Assembly (NCBI GenBank): GCA_963708075.1
Contig: OY970194.1
Location: 1,056,001 to 1,120,000 of the forward strand
DNA length: 64,000 nucleotides
Direction: 5' to 3'
From: Sedimentisphaerales bacterium
GTDB lineage: Bacteria > Planctomycetota > Phycisphaerae > Sedimentisphaerales > Anaerobacaceae
Position numbers and translations under genes: made by a program
Part shown: piece after piece, positions 10,986 through 21,563 of the stretch
Numbering within the stretch: position 1 is the stretch's first letter
Layout of the letters: each line of letters begins with the position of its first letter
Notes under the pieces: model-generated
The model's database searches: none
Told to the model about the DNA's origin: nothing
Seen by the model: the letters and a program-made list of their open reading frames with translations, nothing else

Positions 10986-12437
10986 ATGAAGGTGTTGTGC
11001 ACAGCACTATATTGTTCGCTGATTCCGCTCTGTCTGACACAAATCACAAGGGGGCAAAAGATGGATGGGGGTTACGTTCGCGTGAGTCCGCGGGACCCGC
11101 GATACTTCGAGTTATCTGACGGCCGGCCGTATATCCCAATCGGGCTGAACATGATCGCCCCGCCCGGCGGCGACGAAAAGGCCGCCCTTGCCCGGATGGA
11201 CGAGTGGATGCGCAAGCTCTCCGACAATGGCGGCAACTTCATCCGCATCTGGCTGAGTAACGGTTTCTTCGACGTGGAGCATGCGAAAAGCGGCGTGTAC
11301 GACAGCGCTAAGGCCACACGCATCCGGGCGGTCCTGGCGATGGCCCGCCGGCATGATATTCGCGTGAAGATGACCCTGGAGCACTTCCGCCACCTCGGTG
11401 ATGGCAAGCAGTCGTGGGCGTCCAAACCCATCCATCACGCATCCCAGGGCGGCCCGGCCAAGGACATTGTCGATTTCTTTGCTGGTTCCGCCTTGCGCGA
11501 GCAGTTCAAGACGAAGCTGGACTGGTACGTGAAGTGGTGCGGCGACGATCCGACGATTTTCGCGTGGGAACTCTGGAATGAGTTCGACGCGGTGCAGGAG
11601 ATGTGGAAGCCCGAAATGTGGCAGCAGGGCGGTGTCGCGCTGAGTTGGACGCAGGAGATGCTGGACGCTCTGCATCAGCGATTCCAGAAGAATCTGGCCA
11701 TCCAGAGTCTCGGCAGCTTCGACAGCGAGCGCAAGACGGAGACGTACCGGACCTTCTGTCTGATCCCAAATAATGACATCGCGCAGGTGCACCGCTATCT
11801 TGATTTGGGAGCGTCGCTTGAGGTCTGCCACGGCCCGGTGGACGTCCTGGCGGCGGATGCCGTGACGACCCTGATCCAGTTCAATTCGGGCAAGCCCGTC
11901 CTGCTGGCCGAAAGCGGGGCGGTCGAGCCGAGCCACAGCGGTCCGTTCAAACTCTACGAGCGGGACAAGGCCGGCATTATCCTGCACGATGTGCTGTTCG
12001 CGCCGTTCTTCGCCGGTGCGGCCGGGCCGGGCCATTGCTGGCACTGGGACAATTACGTGGCGAAGAATGATCTTTGGTGGCAGTTCGGCCGTTTCGCCCA
12101 AGCCGTGAAGGACATCGACCCACCCGCCGAGCACTTCCGGGTGATTCGCATCGAGCACCCTCGCCTGCGTATCTACGCCCTGGCGGGCCGGCACACGTTC
12201 CTCGCCTGGTGCCGTGATACGCAGAATACATGGAAGACCGAACTGGCCGAAAGCAAAGAGCCCGAACGCCTGACGGGCCAGACAATCCGCCTGCCCGCTG
12301 AGCTTACGTCGCAGGGCCCCACGCATATCCGCATCTACGATCCATGGTCTGACACCTGGTCCGAGGGCAAGATCGACGGCGGCCAACTGCCGCTGCCGTC
12401 ATTTGCTCGCTCCATCATCGTTCGTGTAGGCCAATAG
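10986..12437 (+). CDS. Secreted GH5-like glycoside hydrolase
   Basis: Signal peptide; GGNFIRIWL, WELWNE (acid/base), LLAESG (nucleophile). Confidence 0.75.
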   Translation: MKVLCTALYCSLIPLCLTQITRGQKMDGGYVRVSPRDPRYFELSDGRPYIPIGLNMIAPPGGDEKAALARMDEWMRKLSDNGGNFIRIWLSNGFFDVEHAKSGVYDSAKATRIRAVLAMARRHDIRVKMTLEHFRHLGDGKQSWASKPIHHASQGGPAKDIVDFFAGSALREQFKTKLDWYVKWCGDDPTIFAWELWNEFDAVQEMWKPEMWQQGGVALSWTQEMLDALHQRFQKNLAIQSLGSFDSERKTETYRTFCLIPNNDIAQVHRYLDLGASLEVCHGPVDVLAADAVTTLIQFNSGKPVLLAESGAVEPSHSGPFKLYERDKAGIILHDVLFAPFFAGAAGPGHCWHWDNYVAKNDLWWQFGRFAQAVKDIDPPAEHFRVIRIEHPRLRIYALAGRHTFLAWCRDTQNTWKTELAESKEPERLTGQTIRLPAELTSQGPTHIRIYDPWSDTWSEGKIDGGQLPLPSFARSIIVRVGQ

Positions 12438-12455
12438 CATGCAGCCAGTATGGCC

Positions 12456-13460
12456 TTATGTGGCCCGAATTCCCTCAATGATGTTGACTTCATGCGCGGT
12501 GGGGATGATGCGGCTCAGCGTTAGCCCCGCCTGGGAGAACAGCCGCCGGTATTGTTCTTCCGTTCGCTCACGGCCATTGACGAGCAGCATCATCAGGTCC
12601 AGCCATTTGCCGAAACAGGGCTCGTTTAAGGGCGGAATCACCGTCTCAACCACGAGGATTCTACCGTCAGGATTCATTGCGTCCCGGCAGTTATGCAGGA
12701 TGGAGGTCGCCTCCGCATCCTCCCAATCATGAATAATGTGTCGCAGGACATAGGCATCGGCGGCCGGCACTGATGCAAAGAAATCGCCTCCCACAATCTG
12801 ACAACGCCGGGACAGGCCCAGTTCCGAGATGATGGCTCGGGAACGGTCCACAACGGCCGGCAGGTCGAACAAGATCCCCTCGACGCTTGGGTGCCGGTTG
12901 AGGATCGCCGCAAGCATGCGACCGTTGCCTCCACCGATATCGACGACGGTTCCAAAGGCAGAGAAGTCGCAGGCGTCCAGCATCGGCTCGGTCTCTGCGA
13001 CACCGTGGACCATCATCGCGGCATCGTAAATGGCATGTCGGTCGGGATGCTCCGTCATATACTGGAAGAAGGGCACACCGAACCTCTCCTGGAACCCTGG
13101 TTCGCCGGTCCGAGCAGAATGCAACAGGTTCCCCCAGGACTGATAGAATTCCGCTCCCACCATGATGGCAAATGACCGCAGGGAGTCCGGGATGTCACTG
13201 CGCAGGCAGTTGGCGACCGGTGTCAGGGAGAACCGGCGGTCGGCGTCCTCGGTGAAGATGCCGACGGTGGCCAAGGCACGCAGCACGCGGTAGAGCGCAC
13301 CGCCGTGTGCATGGGTATGCTCGGCCAACTCTTCGGCCGTTCGGGGGCCGTCGGTGAGCAAGTCGGCAATCCCGAGTTCCGCTGCAACGTAAACAGCCTG
13401 GGTGATCCATCCGCCTACCATCAGCCTCGACAACTGTTGACTTGATTGTACATCGGTCAT
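12456..13460 (-). CDS. SAM-dependent O-methyltransferase with dimerisation domain
   Basis: AAELGIADLL, VVDIGGGNG, GDFF, LRHIIHDW, GRERT; GGAG RBS. Confidence 0.92.
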   Translation of the reverse strand: MTDVQSSQQLSRLMVGGWITQAVYVAAELGIADLLTDGPRTAEELAEHTHAHGGALYRVLRALATVGIFTEDADRRFSLTPVANCLRSDIPDSLRSFAIMVGAEFYQSWGNLLHSARTGEPGFQERFGVPFFQYMTEHPDRHAIYDAAMMVHGVAETEPMLDACDFSAFGTVVDIGGGNGRMLAAILNRHPSVEGILFDLPAVVDRSRAIISELGLSRRCQIVGGDFFASVPAADAYVLRHIIHDWEDAEATSILHNCRDAMNPDGRILVVETVIPPLNEPCFGKWLDLMMLLVNGRERTEEQYRRLFSQAGLTLSRIIPTAHEVNIIEGIRAT

Positions 13461-13824
13461 GATCGCTCCTTTCTCTTGTGTCAGTACGCCAGTCGTTTGG
13501 TCTCTCGTTCTCAATTCAGCCGTAACAGGCCTGTCAGGCTATTCCCATGATACGAAGCGCCGGCAGCAAAGATCAGTATATCTATGGGATTCATAGGAAT
13601 ATGGCCGGAATCAAAGACCTGCCATATTCTCTCCCAAAGCTCGGTCTGGGGCATCGGGGAAGTGAATCTACTGTCCTGTCTCGGCCGAAGCCAATCTACA
13701 GACAATGGCGGTGCCTCCCTTATCGTCTTGCCAGATGAGGGAGACTGGTGTATCCTTAGGGCAGGATGTCTGAATGCAGACGCGGAATGGATAACAGCCT
13801 GCATGGAGCAGCAGATAGGGATAT

Positions 13825-14313
13825 ATGGGCGATTGGGAAATCAAAAGGCCGCTGGGCGAGTGTTGCGGCAGCGGGAACAGGATTGAAAGCGGGCAGGAAT
13901 ACTACGGGGCCCTCATCGAGACCGAGCAGGGCCTGGAACGGCGGGATTTCAGCGCGGAGTACTGGGAAAACAGCAAGCCGAGTGTGTTCTGCTTCTGGAA
14001 AACGAAGCTCGCGGCTGCGGATCAGAAGAAGGAGCTTTTCATCGACGACGGGATGCTGATGGCCTTCTTCGAGCGGCTGGCGACGGAGACCGATCCGGAC
14101 AAGATCAACTTCCGGTTCGTGCTGGCCCTGGTGCTCATGCGGAAACGCCGCCTGAAATACGACGCCACGAAAGTCGTGGACGGTCAGGAAGTCTGGTGCC
14201 TGCGCGTGACGGGCGACAAGGAGATTGTCGAAGTGGTCAACCCCCACCTGGACGAGGGGCAGATCGAGCAGCTTTCGTCGCAAATCGGACAAATTCTGCA
14301 AATGGACTTGTAG
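13825..14313 (+). CDS. Conserved hypothetical protein
   Basis: Clean ORF at the head of an apparent operon; FRFVLALVLMRKRRL motif. Confidence 0.75.
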   Translation: MGDWEIKRPLGECCGSGNRIESGQEYYGALIETEQGLERRDFSAEYWENSKPSVFCFWKTKLAAADQKKELFIDDGMLMAFFERLATETDPDKINFRFVLALVLMRKRRLKYDATKVVDGQEVWCLRVTGDKEIVEVVNPHLDEGQIEQLSSQIGQILQMDL

Positions 14314-14316
14314 ATC

Positions 14317-15189
14317 GTGAGATTCAGGGCTATTGCCAACTCGTGCCTGTTCGTTGCGTTCGCGGCCGCGATATTCATCGGCGGCTGTGCCGCTCCGGGC
14401 CGGCCTCGACTGCCTGTCTGCCCGGGCAAGGCGAATGTAGACGAGGCGCTGGCGGCTTTGGCTGCTCAGGCGCAGCAGGCGGTTTCGTTCCGCGCCAATG
14501 GCCAGACTCTACTGAAGTACTACGAGCCGGACAGCAAGAATGAAAAGCAGCACAACCTGCCCATGACGCTCTGGTTCAACCCGCCCTGGGAGACGTACAT
14601 CCAGGGCAGTATCGCGGCCGACCCGAAAGCGGTGATCATTGGCTCGAATAAAGAGAACTTCTGGCTGGCGCTGCGGCCGAAGGAGATGAGCAGTTACTAC
14701 ATCGGCGAGTGGGCCGAGGCTCGTACTGTCGAGGGCTTGATGATGAGCCCCATGGTTGTGCTGGAAGCCTTCGGGATTATTACGGACAATGAGTCGAACG
14801 AGGGCGGCTGGTCGTTGAAGAATGAAGGGGCGTTCGACATTCTCACCAAGCGGAACGAAGCCGGCCGGCTGGTCAAACGCGTGCACGTGTATGCCTGCGA
14901 TTACCTGGTTCACAAGATCGAGTACTTCGACGATCGCCAGAAGGTCGTTGCTGTGGCCGAGCTCGGTGAATACAAGCCTGTGGCCGAGAGCTTTCGCGTG
15001 CCGACGCGGGTGAGAGTTACGGCGATCGGGCCCACGAAGCGTCAAGACTCGATCAATATCGCCCTGACCTCCATGAACGAGAGGAAACCCAACGAGCAAC
15101 AGAGGAGGGTGTTCTTCAATCCGCCTGATTCCGACAAGTTTGAGCACGTGTACATGCTGATTGATGGCAAGTGGATTCGTCAACAATAG
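14317..15189 (+). CDS. Hypothetical lipoprotein
   Basis: Lipobox IGGC after a hydrophobic stretch; starts 3 bp after the previous stop. Confidence 0.7.
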   Translation: MRFRAIANSCLFVAFAAAIFIGGCAAPGRPRLPVCPGKANVDEALAALAAQAQQAVSFRANGQTLLKYYEPDSKNEKQHNLPMTLWFNPPWETYIQGSIAADPKAVIIGSNKENFWLALRPKEMSSYYIGEWAEARTVEGLMMSPMVVLEAFGIITDNESNEGGWSLKNEGAFDILTKRNEAGRLVKRVHVYACDYLVHKIEYFDDRQKVVAVAELGEYKPVAESFRVPTRVRVTAIGPTKRQDSINIALTSMNERKPNEQQRRVFFNPPDSDKFEHVYMLIDGKWIRQQ

Positions 15190-15237
15190 GGCGGCGGCGC
15201 TGCCTGCCCTCCAATTCATTCTGACCGCGAGTGAGAC

Positions 15238-16149
15238 ATGAGCAGACCAAAACTGACAGAGAGAATCAGACAAGGCGTATTCCTGCTGGATGGGGCGATG
15301 GGGACGCAGCTCTTTGCCCGCGGGGTCGAGCCCGGCTCGTGCAATGACTTGCTCAACGTGAAGTCGCCCGATATCGTGCTGGACATCCATCGCGCCTACT
15401 TCAAGGCAGGCAGTGACGCAGTGCTCACGAATACGTTCGGCGCCAACCGCTACGCCCTGGCCCGACACGGCTGCGCCGATAGAACGTTGGAGATCAACAA
15501 GGCCGGGGCCGAGGTGGCGCGAAGGGCGGCGGGCGAGGACTGCTACGTGCTCGGTGACATCGGTCCGACCGGCGATTTCCTCGAGCCTCTCGGGAGCCTT
15601 CGGGCCGAGCAGGTCAAGGATGCCTTTACCGAACAGGTGAACGGCCTGCGGCAGGGCGGCGTCGACGGACTCATCATCGAGACAATGACCGCGCTGGACG
15701 AGCTTGAGATCGCGATCACCGCGGCCAGGACCGCCGGCGGCGGCCTGCCTGTCTTCGCCTCGATGTCCTTCGACAAAGGCGCCGCGGGATTTCGCACGAT
15801 GATGGGCGTGGACGTTCCGACAGCCATATCGAAGATGCTCTCCCTCGGAGTCGGCGCCGTCGGATTCAACTGCGGCACGGGAACTCTCGACGACTATGTC
15901 GAGCTGTCGAAGGCCTTCGTGGCCGGTGTGCGGTCCTGCGGGAAGAAAACGCCCGTGTTCGCCGAGCCGAACGCCGGCAAGCCCGCGCTGGTGGATGGAC
16001 AAGCTGTCTATCTGGTGATGCCCGATGAATTCACAGCCGCGTGCAGGCGAATCCTCGACGCAGGCATCCGCATTCTCGGCGGTTGTTGCGGCACAGGCCC
16101 CCAGCACATCCTCGCCATGGCCCAGACCCTCAAGCATCAAGCCGGCTGA
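15238..16149 (+). CDS. Homocysteine S-methyltransferase family protein (stand-alone MetH N-terminal domain)
   Basis: LLDGAMGTQL, TNTFGAN, GFNC, PNAG, GGCCGTGP Zn ligands. Confidence 0.93.
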   Translation: MSRPKLTERIRQGVFLLDGAMGTQLFARGVEPGSCNDLLNVKSPDIVLDIHRAYFKAGSDAVLTNTFGANRYALARHGCADRTLEINKAGAEVARRAAGEDCYVLGDIGPTGDFLEPLGSLRAEQVKDAFTEQVNGLRQGGVDGLIIETMTALDELEIAITAARTAGGGLPVFASMSFDKGAAGFRTMMGVDVPTAISKMLSLGVGAVGFNCGTGTLDDYVELSKAFVAGVRSCGKKTPVFAEPNAGKPALVDGQAVYLVMPDEFTAACRRILDAGIRILGGCCGTGPQHILAMAQTLKHQAG

Positions 16150-16257
16150 CAGGCAAGCCAATCCCTTCCATGAGGAAACGCCTTTTCCTGTACGACCCAC
16201 TTCTCAGGCTCGGCGTACTGCTACTGTATGAAGTTCAAAGATTCATGAGGTTGCAGT

Positions 16258-17124
16258 ATGAATAAGTGTACAAAAGAACGTTCTCCAGACGGCAGCTCTG
16301 AGAAATTGAGACACGGAGCAATGAGTCTATTGAACATGTTATCGCCGGCCGCGTCGAGAATGCCGGCTTCCGCGCCGACGTCTCTCCTGGAGCGCCACCT
16401 GTGCTTTTGCCGAAGGACCAAATCCGTCGGGATCGACCGCGGCCTTTTCATCTGCATCATACACTCGCAAAAGCCGCAGGCGGGGGAAATCGACCCGTGG
16501 CCGGCGACTGAACTTGAAGTCTGCAGAGCCCTCCGTTGGTCCGAGGAACGCCTTCTCCAGACGTGTATTGAATACGTCAAAGCAAACCATTCTCGTGCCG
16601 GCGAAGCCGATCATCTCTTGTGCAGAATTCTGAATGAGTGTGAGCAGCGCCTCGGCCAGCCCCTTTCCGCCCATCCGTTTATAGACAGCGCGGAAGAGGT
16701 TCTGAGCCGGGAGGCTTTGGTGAAGAGCCTGACCTCCACAGACAAGCCTGAGGCGGCGATCTCCGTCTTGCGGGACAAATACGGCCTGGGCGATACGGTC
16801 ATATCCGGCAAGGCAGGGGACGTTCTCGGAGAGATCAAACGCCTGCTTCGTCCCGTCCTCGCCGGGCTGGCGCGGCATCCGAAGTTCCTGTATTTCGAGG
16901 TTGACAATGAGCCGTGGGATGCTCGTCAGAAGACGCAGGGAATAAGCTCCTGGCTGGATTATACGGTCATCCATGCCCGCTTTGCACAGCCGCAGAAGTC
17001 GATCACTTTCTGCGTCTTCTGCCATAGCCGTCCGCACGATACCGAGGACACATATTACATCCTGGCGACGCACCATCCGAAGCTTATCGACTACCTGCGC
17101 AGCCACGTGAAAGAAGCCGGATAG
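16258..17124 (+). CDS. Hypothetical protein
   Basis: 288-aa ORF fills the intergenic gap; no recognised motif; start uncertain. Confidence 0.55.
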   Translation: MNKCTKERSPDGSSEKLRHGAMSLLNMLSPAASRMPASAPTSLLERHLCFCRRTKSVGIDRGLFICIIHSQKPQAGEIDPWPATELEVCRALRWSEERLLQTCIEYVKANHSRAGEADHLLCRILNECEQRLGQPLSAHPFIDSAEEVLSREALVKSLTSTDKPEAAISVLRDKYGLGDTVISGKAGDVLGEIKRLLRPVLAGLARHPKFLYFEVDNEPWDARQKTQGISSWLDYTVIHARFAQPQKSITFCVFCHSRPHDTEDTYYILATHHPKLIDYLRSHVKEAG

Positions 17125-17231
17125 CGTACTCGCATCTGCGCTTCGGCCTTTGATTTCCGGTTGAGTGGCCGCTATGATGAGAACACTATGCGCTGTGGGT
17201 CGGTACGGCTTGTCTTATGGAAGGGGAGCAA

Positions 17232-18719
17232 ATGGTGCGACATTGCGGCAAGTATCTTGCGATTGGACTGATGCTGACGGCGATGGCTTCTGCGGCAAAC
17301 GATAGTGCACCGCCCATCCGTCTTTATCCGAAGAACCCGCGGTACTTCGAATGGCGGGGCAAGGCAATCGCCCTGATCACCAGCGCAGAGCACTACGGCG
17401 CGGTGCTGAACCTGGACTTCGACTGGCCTCGGTACCTTGAAACGCTGCATCGCGACGGCATGAATTACACGCGTATCTTCTCCGGCAGCTACGTCGAGCC
17501 GGTAGGGGCGTTCGGCATTCAGCGCAACACTCTCGCGCCTGCCTCCGGCCGATTCATCGCCCCATGGGCTCACAGCAACGAACCCGGTTATGCGGGCGGA
17601 GGCAATAAGTTCGATCTCGATCGGTTCAGCTCGGAGTATCTTGCCCGTCTGAAGGAATTCCTCGCGGAGGCGGGGCAAAAGGGCATCGCCGTCGAACTGA
17701 CGCTCTTCTGCTCCACCTACAGCGACAGGCAATGGGCCGTACACCCGTTCAATCCGCAGAACAACATCCAGGCCCTTGCCGTGCAGGACTGGAGGAAGCT
17801 CCACACGCTCGACAACGGTCCGGCCATGGCGTACCAGGAGAAACTCGTTCGCTGGCTCGTGCGCGAATTGAACGGCTTCGACAATCTCTTCTTCGAGATC
17901 CAGAACGAGCCCTGGGCCGACAACCATGTGATGGGCGACATCATCAACCCGTATCTCACCGACAGGCGCCAGTTCCCCAACGCTGTGGAGGTAACGACGG
18001 CGCACTCGGTCGCATGGCAGGCCGCTATCGCGAAGATCATTACCGATGAAGAGTCGCGTCTACCGCACAAGCACCTGATCGCGCAGAACATCGCGAACTT
18101 CCGCCTGCCCGTACGGCCGGACGACCTCGCGCCGAACGTCAGCATCGTCAATTTCCACTATGCCTATCCCGAGGCCGCGATCTGGAACCTCGCGATGCCG
18201 AAAGTCATTGGATACGACGAGTCCGGGTTTGCCGGCCGGGCCGATGCCACCTACCGCCGACAGGCCTGGAACTTCCTGCTCAGCGGAGGCGGCTTGTTCA
18301 ACAGCCTCGATTACAGCTTCACAGTCAGCCATGAGGATGGCACCGACGTCACGAACCAGGCCCCCGGCGGTGGCAGCCCGACCCTGCGCAAGCAACTCAA
18401 GGTCCTCAGCGATTTCCTCCATTCCTTCGACTTGGCGGCGTTTCAGCCGGACCGAGACTTCGTCAAGGCCAGTCCCGGCGTCGTAACCCGCGTCCTCAGT
18501 GCCCCCGGCGAGGCCTACGCCCTGTATATGGAAGGCCGCTCCCCGACCACCCTGACGCTGACTCTCCCTCCCGGCCAATGGCAGGCCGACTGGCTCAACC
18601 CCGAGGACGGTGCCGTCCTGAAACACGAGGACGTAGACCATCCCACCGGCCTCCGATCCCTCGAAAGCCCCTCCTTCACCGAATCCATCGCCCTGCGCAT
18701 CACGCGAAAACCTGGTTGA
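17232..18719 (+). CDS. Secreted clan GH-A hydrolase-like protein with C-terminal beta-sandwich
   Basis: Signal peptide; NYTRIF, FEIQNEP, VNFHY, GYDESG. Confidence 0.7.
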   Translation: MVRHCGKYLAIGLMLTAMASAANDSAPPIRLYPKNPRYFEWRGKAIALITSAEHYGAVLNLDFDWPRYLETLHRDGMNYTRIFSGSYVEPVGAFGIQRNTLAPASGRFIAPWAHSNEPGYAGGGNKFDLDRFSSEYLARLKEFLAEAGQKGIAVELTLFCSTYSDRQWAVHPFNPQNNIQALAVQDWRKLHTLDNGPAMAYQEKLVRWLVRELNGFDNLFFEIQNEPWADNHVMGDIINPYLTDRRQFPNAVEVTTAHSVAWQAAIAKIITDEESRLPHKHLIAQNIANFRLPVRPDDLAPNVSIVNFHYAYPEAAIWNLAMPKVIGYDESGFAGRADATYRRQAWNFLLSGGGLFNSLDYSFTVSHEDGTDVTNQAPGGGSPTLRKQLKVLSDFLHSFDLAAFQPDRDFVKASPGVVTRVLSAPGEAYALYMEGRSPTTLTLTLPPGQWQADWLNPEDGAVLKHEDVDHPTGLRSLESPSFTESIALRITRKPG

Positions 18720-18720
18720 C

Positions 18721-18872
18721 ACCGATTACGTGTGCGCTCTTCGCGGCGCATCGTCAAATTCTGGGTGGCAGCGGCAAGCGCGAGCTTGCCGATGGTTTGA
18801 CCATTCGCCATCGGCAAAGCTTTGGTTTTGCGGATGCTGCCCGGACATACGAAAGCCCTGGCTACGATTGAT
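18721..18872. repeat. Miniature palindromic element (shell plus hairpin core), copy 1
   Basis: Shares flanks with 62291-62440; core 18763-18842 is approximately the reverse complement of core 62331-62411. Confidence 0.8.
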
Positions 18873-18894
18873 GTGCGATCATCGTCTATAGCCG

Positions 18895-20115
18895 TCAAGC
18901 AGATGGAAGAGGCTGCGGTGCCGGCATCGGCTGCACGCGGCGGGTAGCTCTCATGCCGAACAAGACACGGAATATGTTCACTCGGCGGATGAGTAGCTCG
19001 TAGATCGCCATAATCACGGCAAAGGAACTGGTGGCGATGATCAGGTACTCCAACCACAAGTGGGTGTGGAGGCGGATCACGTAGAAGCCGATGGAGAGGA
19101 TCACCATCTGGTGCAGGATATAGAAGGGCAGAACTGCCTCATTGGCATACTTCAGGAAGCCGTTACTGAATCGAAGGTATCGGCCGGCGAAGCCGCAGAT
19201 GGCGACCAGCCACGACCAGCAGAGAATACCGCGAACAAAGGACATGAGCAGCTCGCGGGGCAACGGGGACCATTGCTCACTCGCTTTGTACGCGAAGTAG
19301 GCGATGACGAAGGAAACGGTGCCTGCCAGGAGTGCAGGGACGCGATGGCGTTCCATTGCTTCAGCAAGCCTCTCGTCAGTCGCCAACACATAGCCGATGA
19401 TGAGCAGGGTGAGGTAGGGCAGGGCGCTCCAGCCGCCGAAGCCCTCGTTGCCAAAGACGGTGTCGTTGATCGGCGGCAACTCGGCGACAAACTCTGCGAC
19501 GCCAATCGCAAGAGCCGGCAGGAATATCGCCCAGGGTCTGCCGAGAAAGCGGGTCAACGAGCCGACCCTGCGGCTGCCCGAAGGGGACCGCAGGTACAGA
19601 AACAGCGGCAGGGTGATGATGGAGAATACGAACAGGAACTCAAGATACCACAGGTGGATTCCCATCCAGGCGAAGTTGCCGCCTTCCTGAATGCCGTACC
19701 AGCCCTCGAAGTAGTGCGGATAGAAGCTCCAGAACGAGCCCTCGAATTGCTTATTGCTGATGCGCTCCAGATAGACCTGCAGGGGCGCGATGATCACGAA
19801 GATGCCGAACAGCAGTGGCACGAGAAGCCGCTTGACTCGCGAGACAAGGTAGTGCGGCCATCTCTGATGCGCCAGAGCGTGGTAGATTCCGATCCCCGAC
19901 AGGATGAAGAACAGCGGCATCATCCACTGCACGGCGAGAATGGTGAACAGCATGGATGCCTCGCTGGTCTCAGGACTTTTGACGTGCCAGCCGTCCGTGT
20001 CGAAGAACCGGTTGTTGTGAAACAGAAACACCGTCATCATGCCCAGGACTCTGAGCCAGTCCACGTCATACCGCCGCGAGAGATCAGTGTGAGGAGCATT
20101 CTGTCCCAATGCCAT
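18895..20115 (-). CDS. Acyltransferase family 3 protein (OpgC/MdoC-like)
   Basis: RRYDVDWLR, MPLFFILSG, RVKRLLVP, HLWYL, FYILHQ; multiple TM helices. Confidence 0.88.
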   Translation of the reverse strand: MALGQNAPHTDLSRRYDVDWLRVLGMMTVFLFHNNRFFDTDGWHVKSPETSEASMLFTILAVQWMMPLFFILSGIGIYHALAHQRWPHYLVSRVKRLLVPLLFGIFVIIAPLQVYLERISNKQFEGSFWSFYPHYFEGWYGIQEGGNFAWMGIHLWYLEFLFVFSIITLPLFLYLRSPSGSRRVGSLTRFLGRPWAIFLPALAIGVAEFVAELPPINDTVFGNEGFGGWSALPYLTLLIIGYVLATDERLAEAMERHRVPALLAGTVSFVIAYFAYKASEQWSPLPRELLMSFVRGILCWSWLVAICGFAGRYLRFSNGFLKYANEAVLPFYILHQMVILSIGFYVIRLHTHLWLEYLIIATSSFAVIMAIYELLIRRVNIFRVLFGMRATRRVQPMPAPQPLPSA

Positions 20116-20150
20116 GATTTCGCCCATCCCTGTCGCGAGCCGCCGGCCCG

Positions 20151-21452
20151 CTATCGTGCATGGAGCAACTTGCCGAGAGCTTCCATGGTTCTCGCTGTTG
20201 CTCCTTGGTTCTGCTTGATGACCGCCTGCCCCGCCCGGGCTATCTTCCCGGCGTATTCCGGCTCGGACAGGCACTTCTTCATATTCGCCAGCAGGTCCTC
20301 TTTGTCCGCCACCTGGATGGCGCCGCCGCCCTCGAGCAGGGCCTCCACCGTCTGGCGGAAGTTGAAGGCGTGAGGTCCGAACATTGTGCACTTGCCGAGC
20401 GCCGCTGCCTCCATCATGTCCGAGCCGCCCATCGGAACGAGCGAGCGGCCCACGAGGATCACGGTCGCAAGTGAATAGAATTTCCGCAGGTCCCCCATCG
20501 TGTCGCCGAGGATCACGGGCTTGCCATTCACCGCGGCCGGACCGGCGGAGTTCTTCAACTGACTGTAGCGGACAAGAGGCAATCCCGCCTGCTCGATCAG
20601 TTGCGCCACTTCGTTGAATCGCTCGGGCTTTCGCGGCACGATGGCCAGACGGACGTCCCTGAATCGCCCCTCCTGCATCAGCGATCTGTACACATCAAGG
20701 ACGATCTTCTCTTCCTCATCCCCCGTGCCTCCCGCCACCCACAGTCGCTCCTTGCCGAGACTGAGCTTCCGGGCCAGCGCATCCGCACCCTCCACAGCGT
20801 CCGCCACCTGGGCCGTGTCATACTTCAATGAGCTGGTCACGATCACGCGATCAGCGGGGCAGCCCAGTTCCCGAAATCGCTCCGCGTACTCCTGCGTCTG
20901 AGCCAGGACAAGATCGAGCTTGCCGAAGAACCGGCGGGTGAGGCCCTTGATCCTGCGGTATCGAGAGAAACTCCTGTCGCTGATTCGCCCGTTAAGAACC
21001 AGTACCGGCACGCGTTGCTCGCGGGCGGTGAAGATGAAATTGGGCCAAACCTCCAACTCCATCAGCAGGCAGATGGAGGGGTTCAGCCGTCGAAACGCCC
21101 GCCGTGTGACCCACGAGAAGTCAAAGGGGAAATAGAAGACCGTCCGTGTCTGGCCGAAGAGCTTCTCGGCCCGGGTGAATCCGGTATCCGTCGTCGTGCT
21201 GATCACGATCTCGAAATTGCCAAACTGTCTCTCGATCTCAGCAACGAGGGTCTGGGCGGCGTTGACCTCCCCGACACTGACGGCATGCAGCCAGATACAC
21301 TCTCTCTCCGGACTCTTGCGACGGATCCTGCCGAATCGTTCCGCCCAGCCGCCGCGGTATCGTTTATGCCGCACCATCCGGTAGAGAACCACGGGACTGA
21401 ATGCCAGCCCTGCAAACACATACAACAAATCAACAATGAACCTCATAGCCAT
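20151..21452 (-). CDS. waaA: 3-deoxy-D-manno-octulosonic acid (Kdo) transferase
   Basis: IWLHAVSVGE, STTTDTG, ELEVWPN, NGRIS, VPRKPERF, DTMGDL. Confidence 0.93.
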   Translation of the reverse strand: MAMRFIVDLLYVFAGLAFSPVVLYRMVRHKRYRGGWAERFGRIRRKSPERECIWLHAVSVGEVNAAQTLVAEIERQFGNFEIVISTTTDTGFTRAEKLFGQTRTVFYFPFDFSWVTRRAFRRLNPSICLLMELEVWPNFIFTAREQRVPVLVLNGRISDRSFSRYRRIKGLTRRFFGKLDLVLAQTQEYAERFRELGCPADRVIVTSSLKYDTAQVADAVEGADALARKLSLGKERLWVAGGTGDEEEKIVLDVYRSLMQEGRFRDVRLAIVPRKPERFNEVAQLIEQAGLPLVRYSQLKNSAGPAAVNGKPVILGDTMGDLRKFYSLATVILVGRSLVPMGGSDMMEAAALGKCTMFGPHAFNFRQTVEALLEGGGAIQVADKEDLLANMKKCLSEPEYAGKIARAGQAVIKQNQGATARTMEALGKLLHAR

Positions 21453-21487
21453 CCTGCATCGGTTAGGTACTGCGGGTTAATGCCGGC

Positions 21488-21516
21488 ATGATAGTCCCAT
21501 CAGCCGGTAGTGTCAA
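21488..21516 (-). promoter_or_regulatory. Sigma70-type promoter for waaA
   Basis: TTGACA-17 nt-TATCAT on the minus strand. Confidence 0.65.
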
Positions 21517-21563
21517 ATGCGGCGGGAAGCTCATATCGGTGGATGGTGCCCAACCAACACGAT

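Noticed and set aside
13540..13630. LysR-type operator upstream of the O-methyltransferase
   Set aside because: Only a loose AT-rich dyad and no adjacent regulator; not supportable
21506..21516. IS256-like terminal repeat (GGTAGTGTCAA)
   Set aside because: Better explained as the -35 box of the waaA promoter; no partner end found
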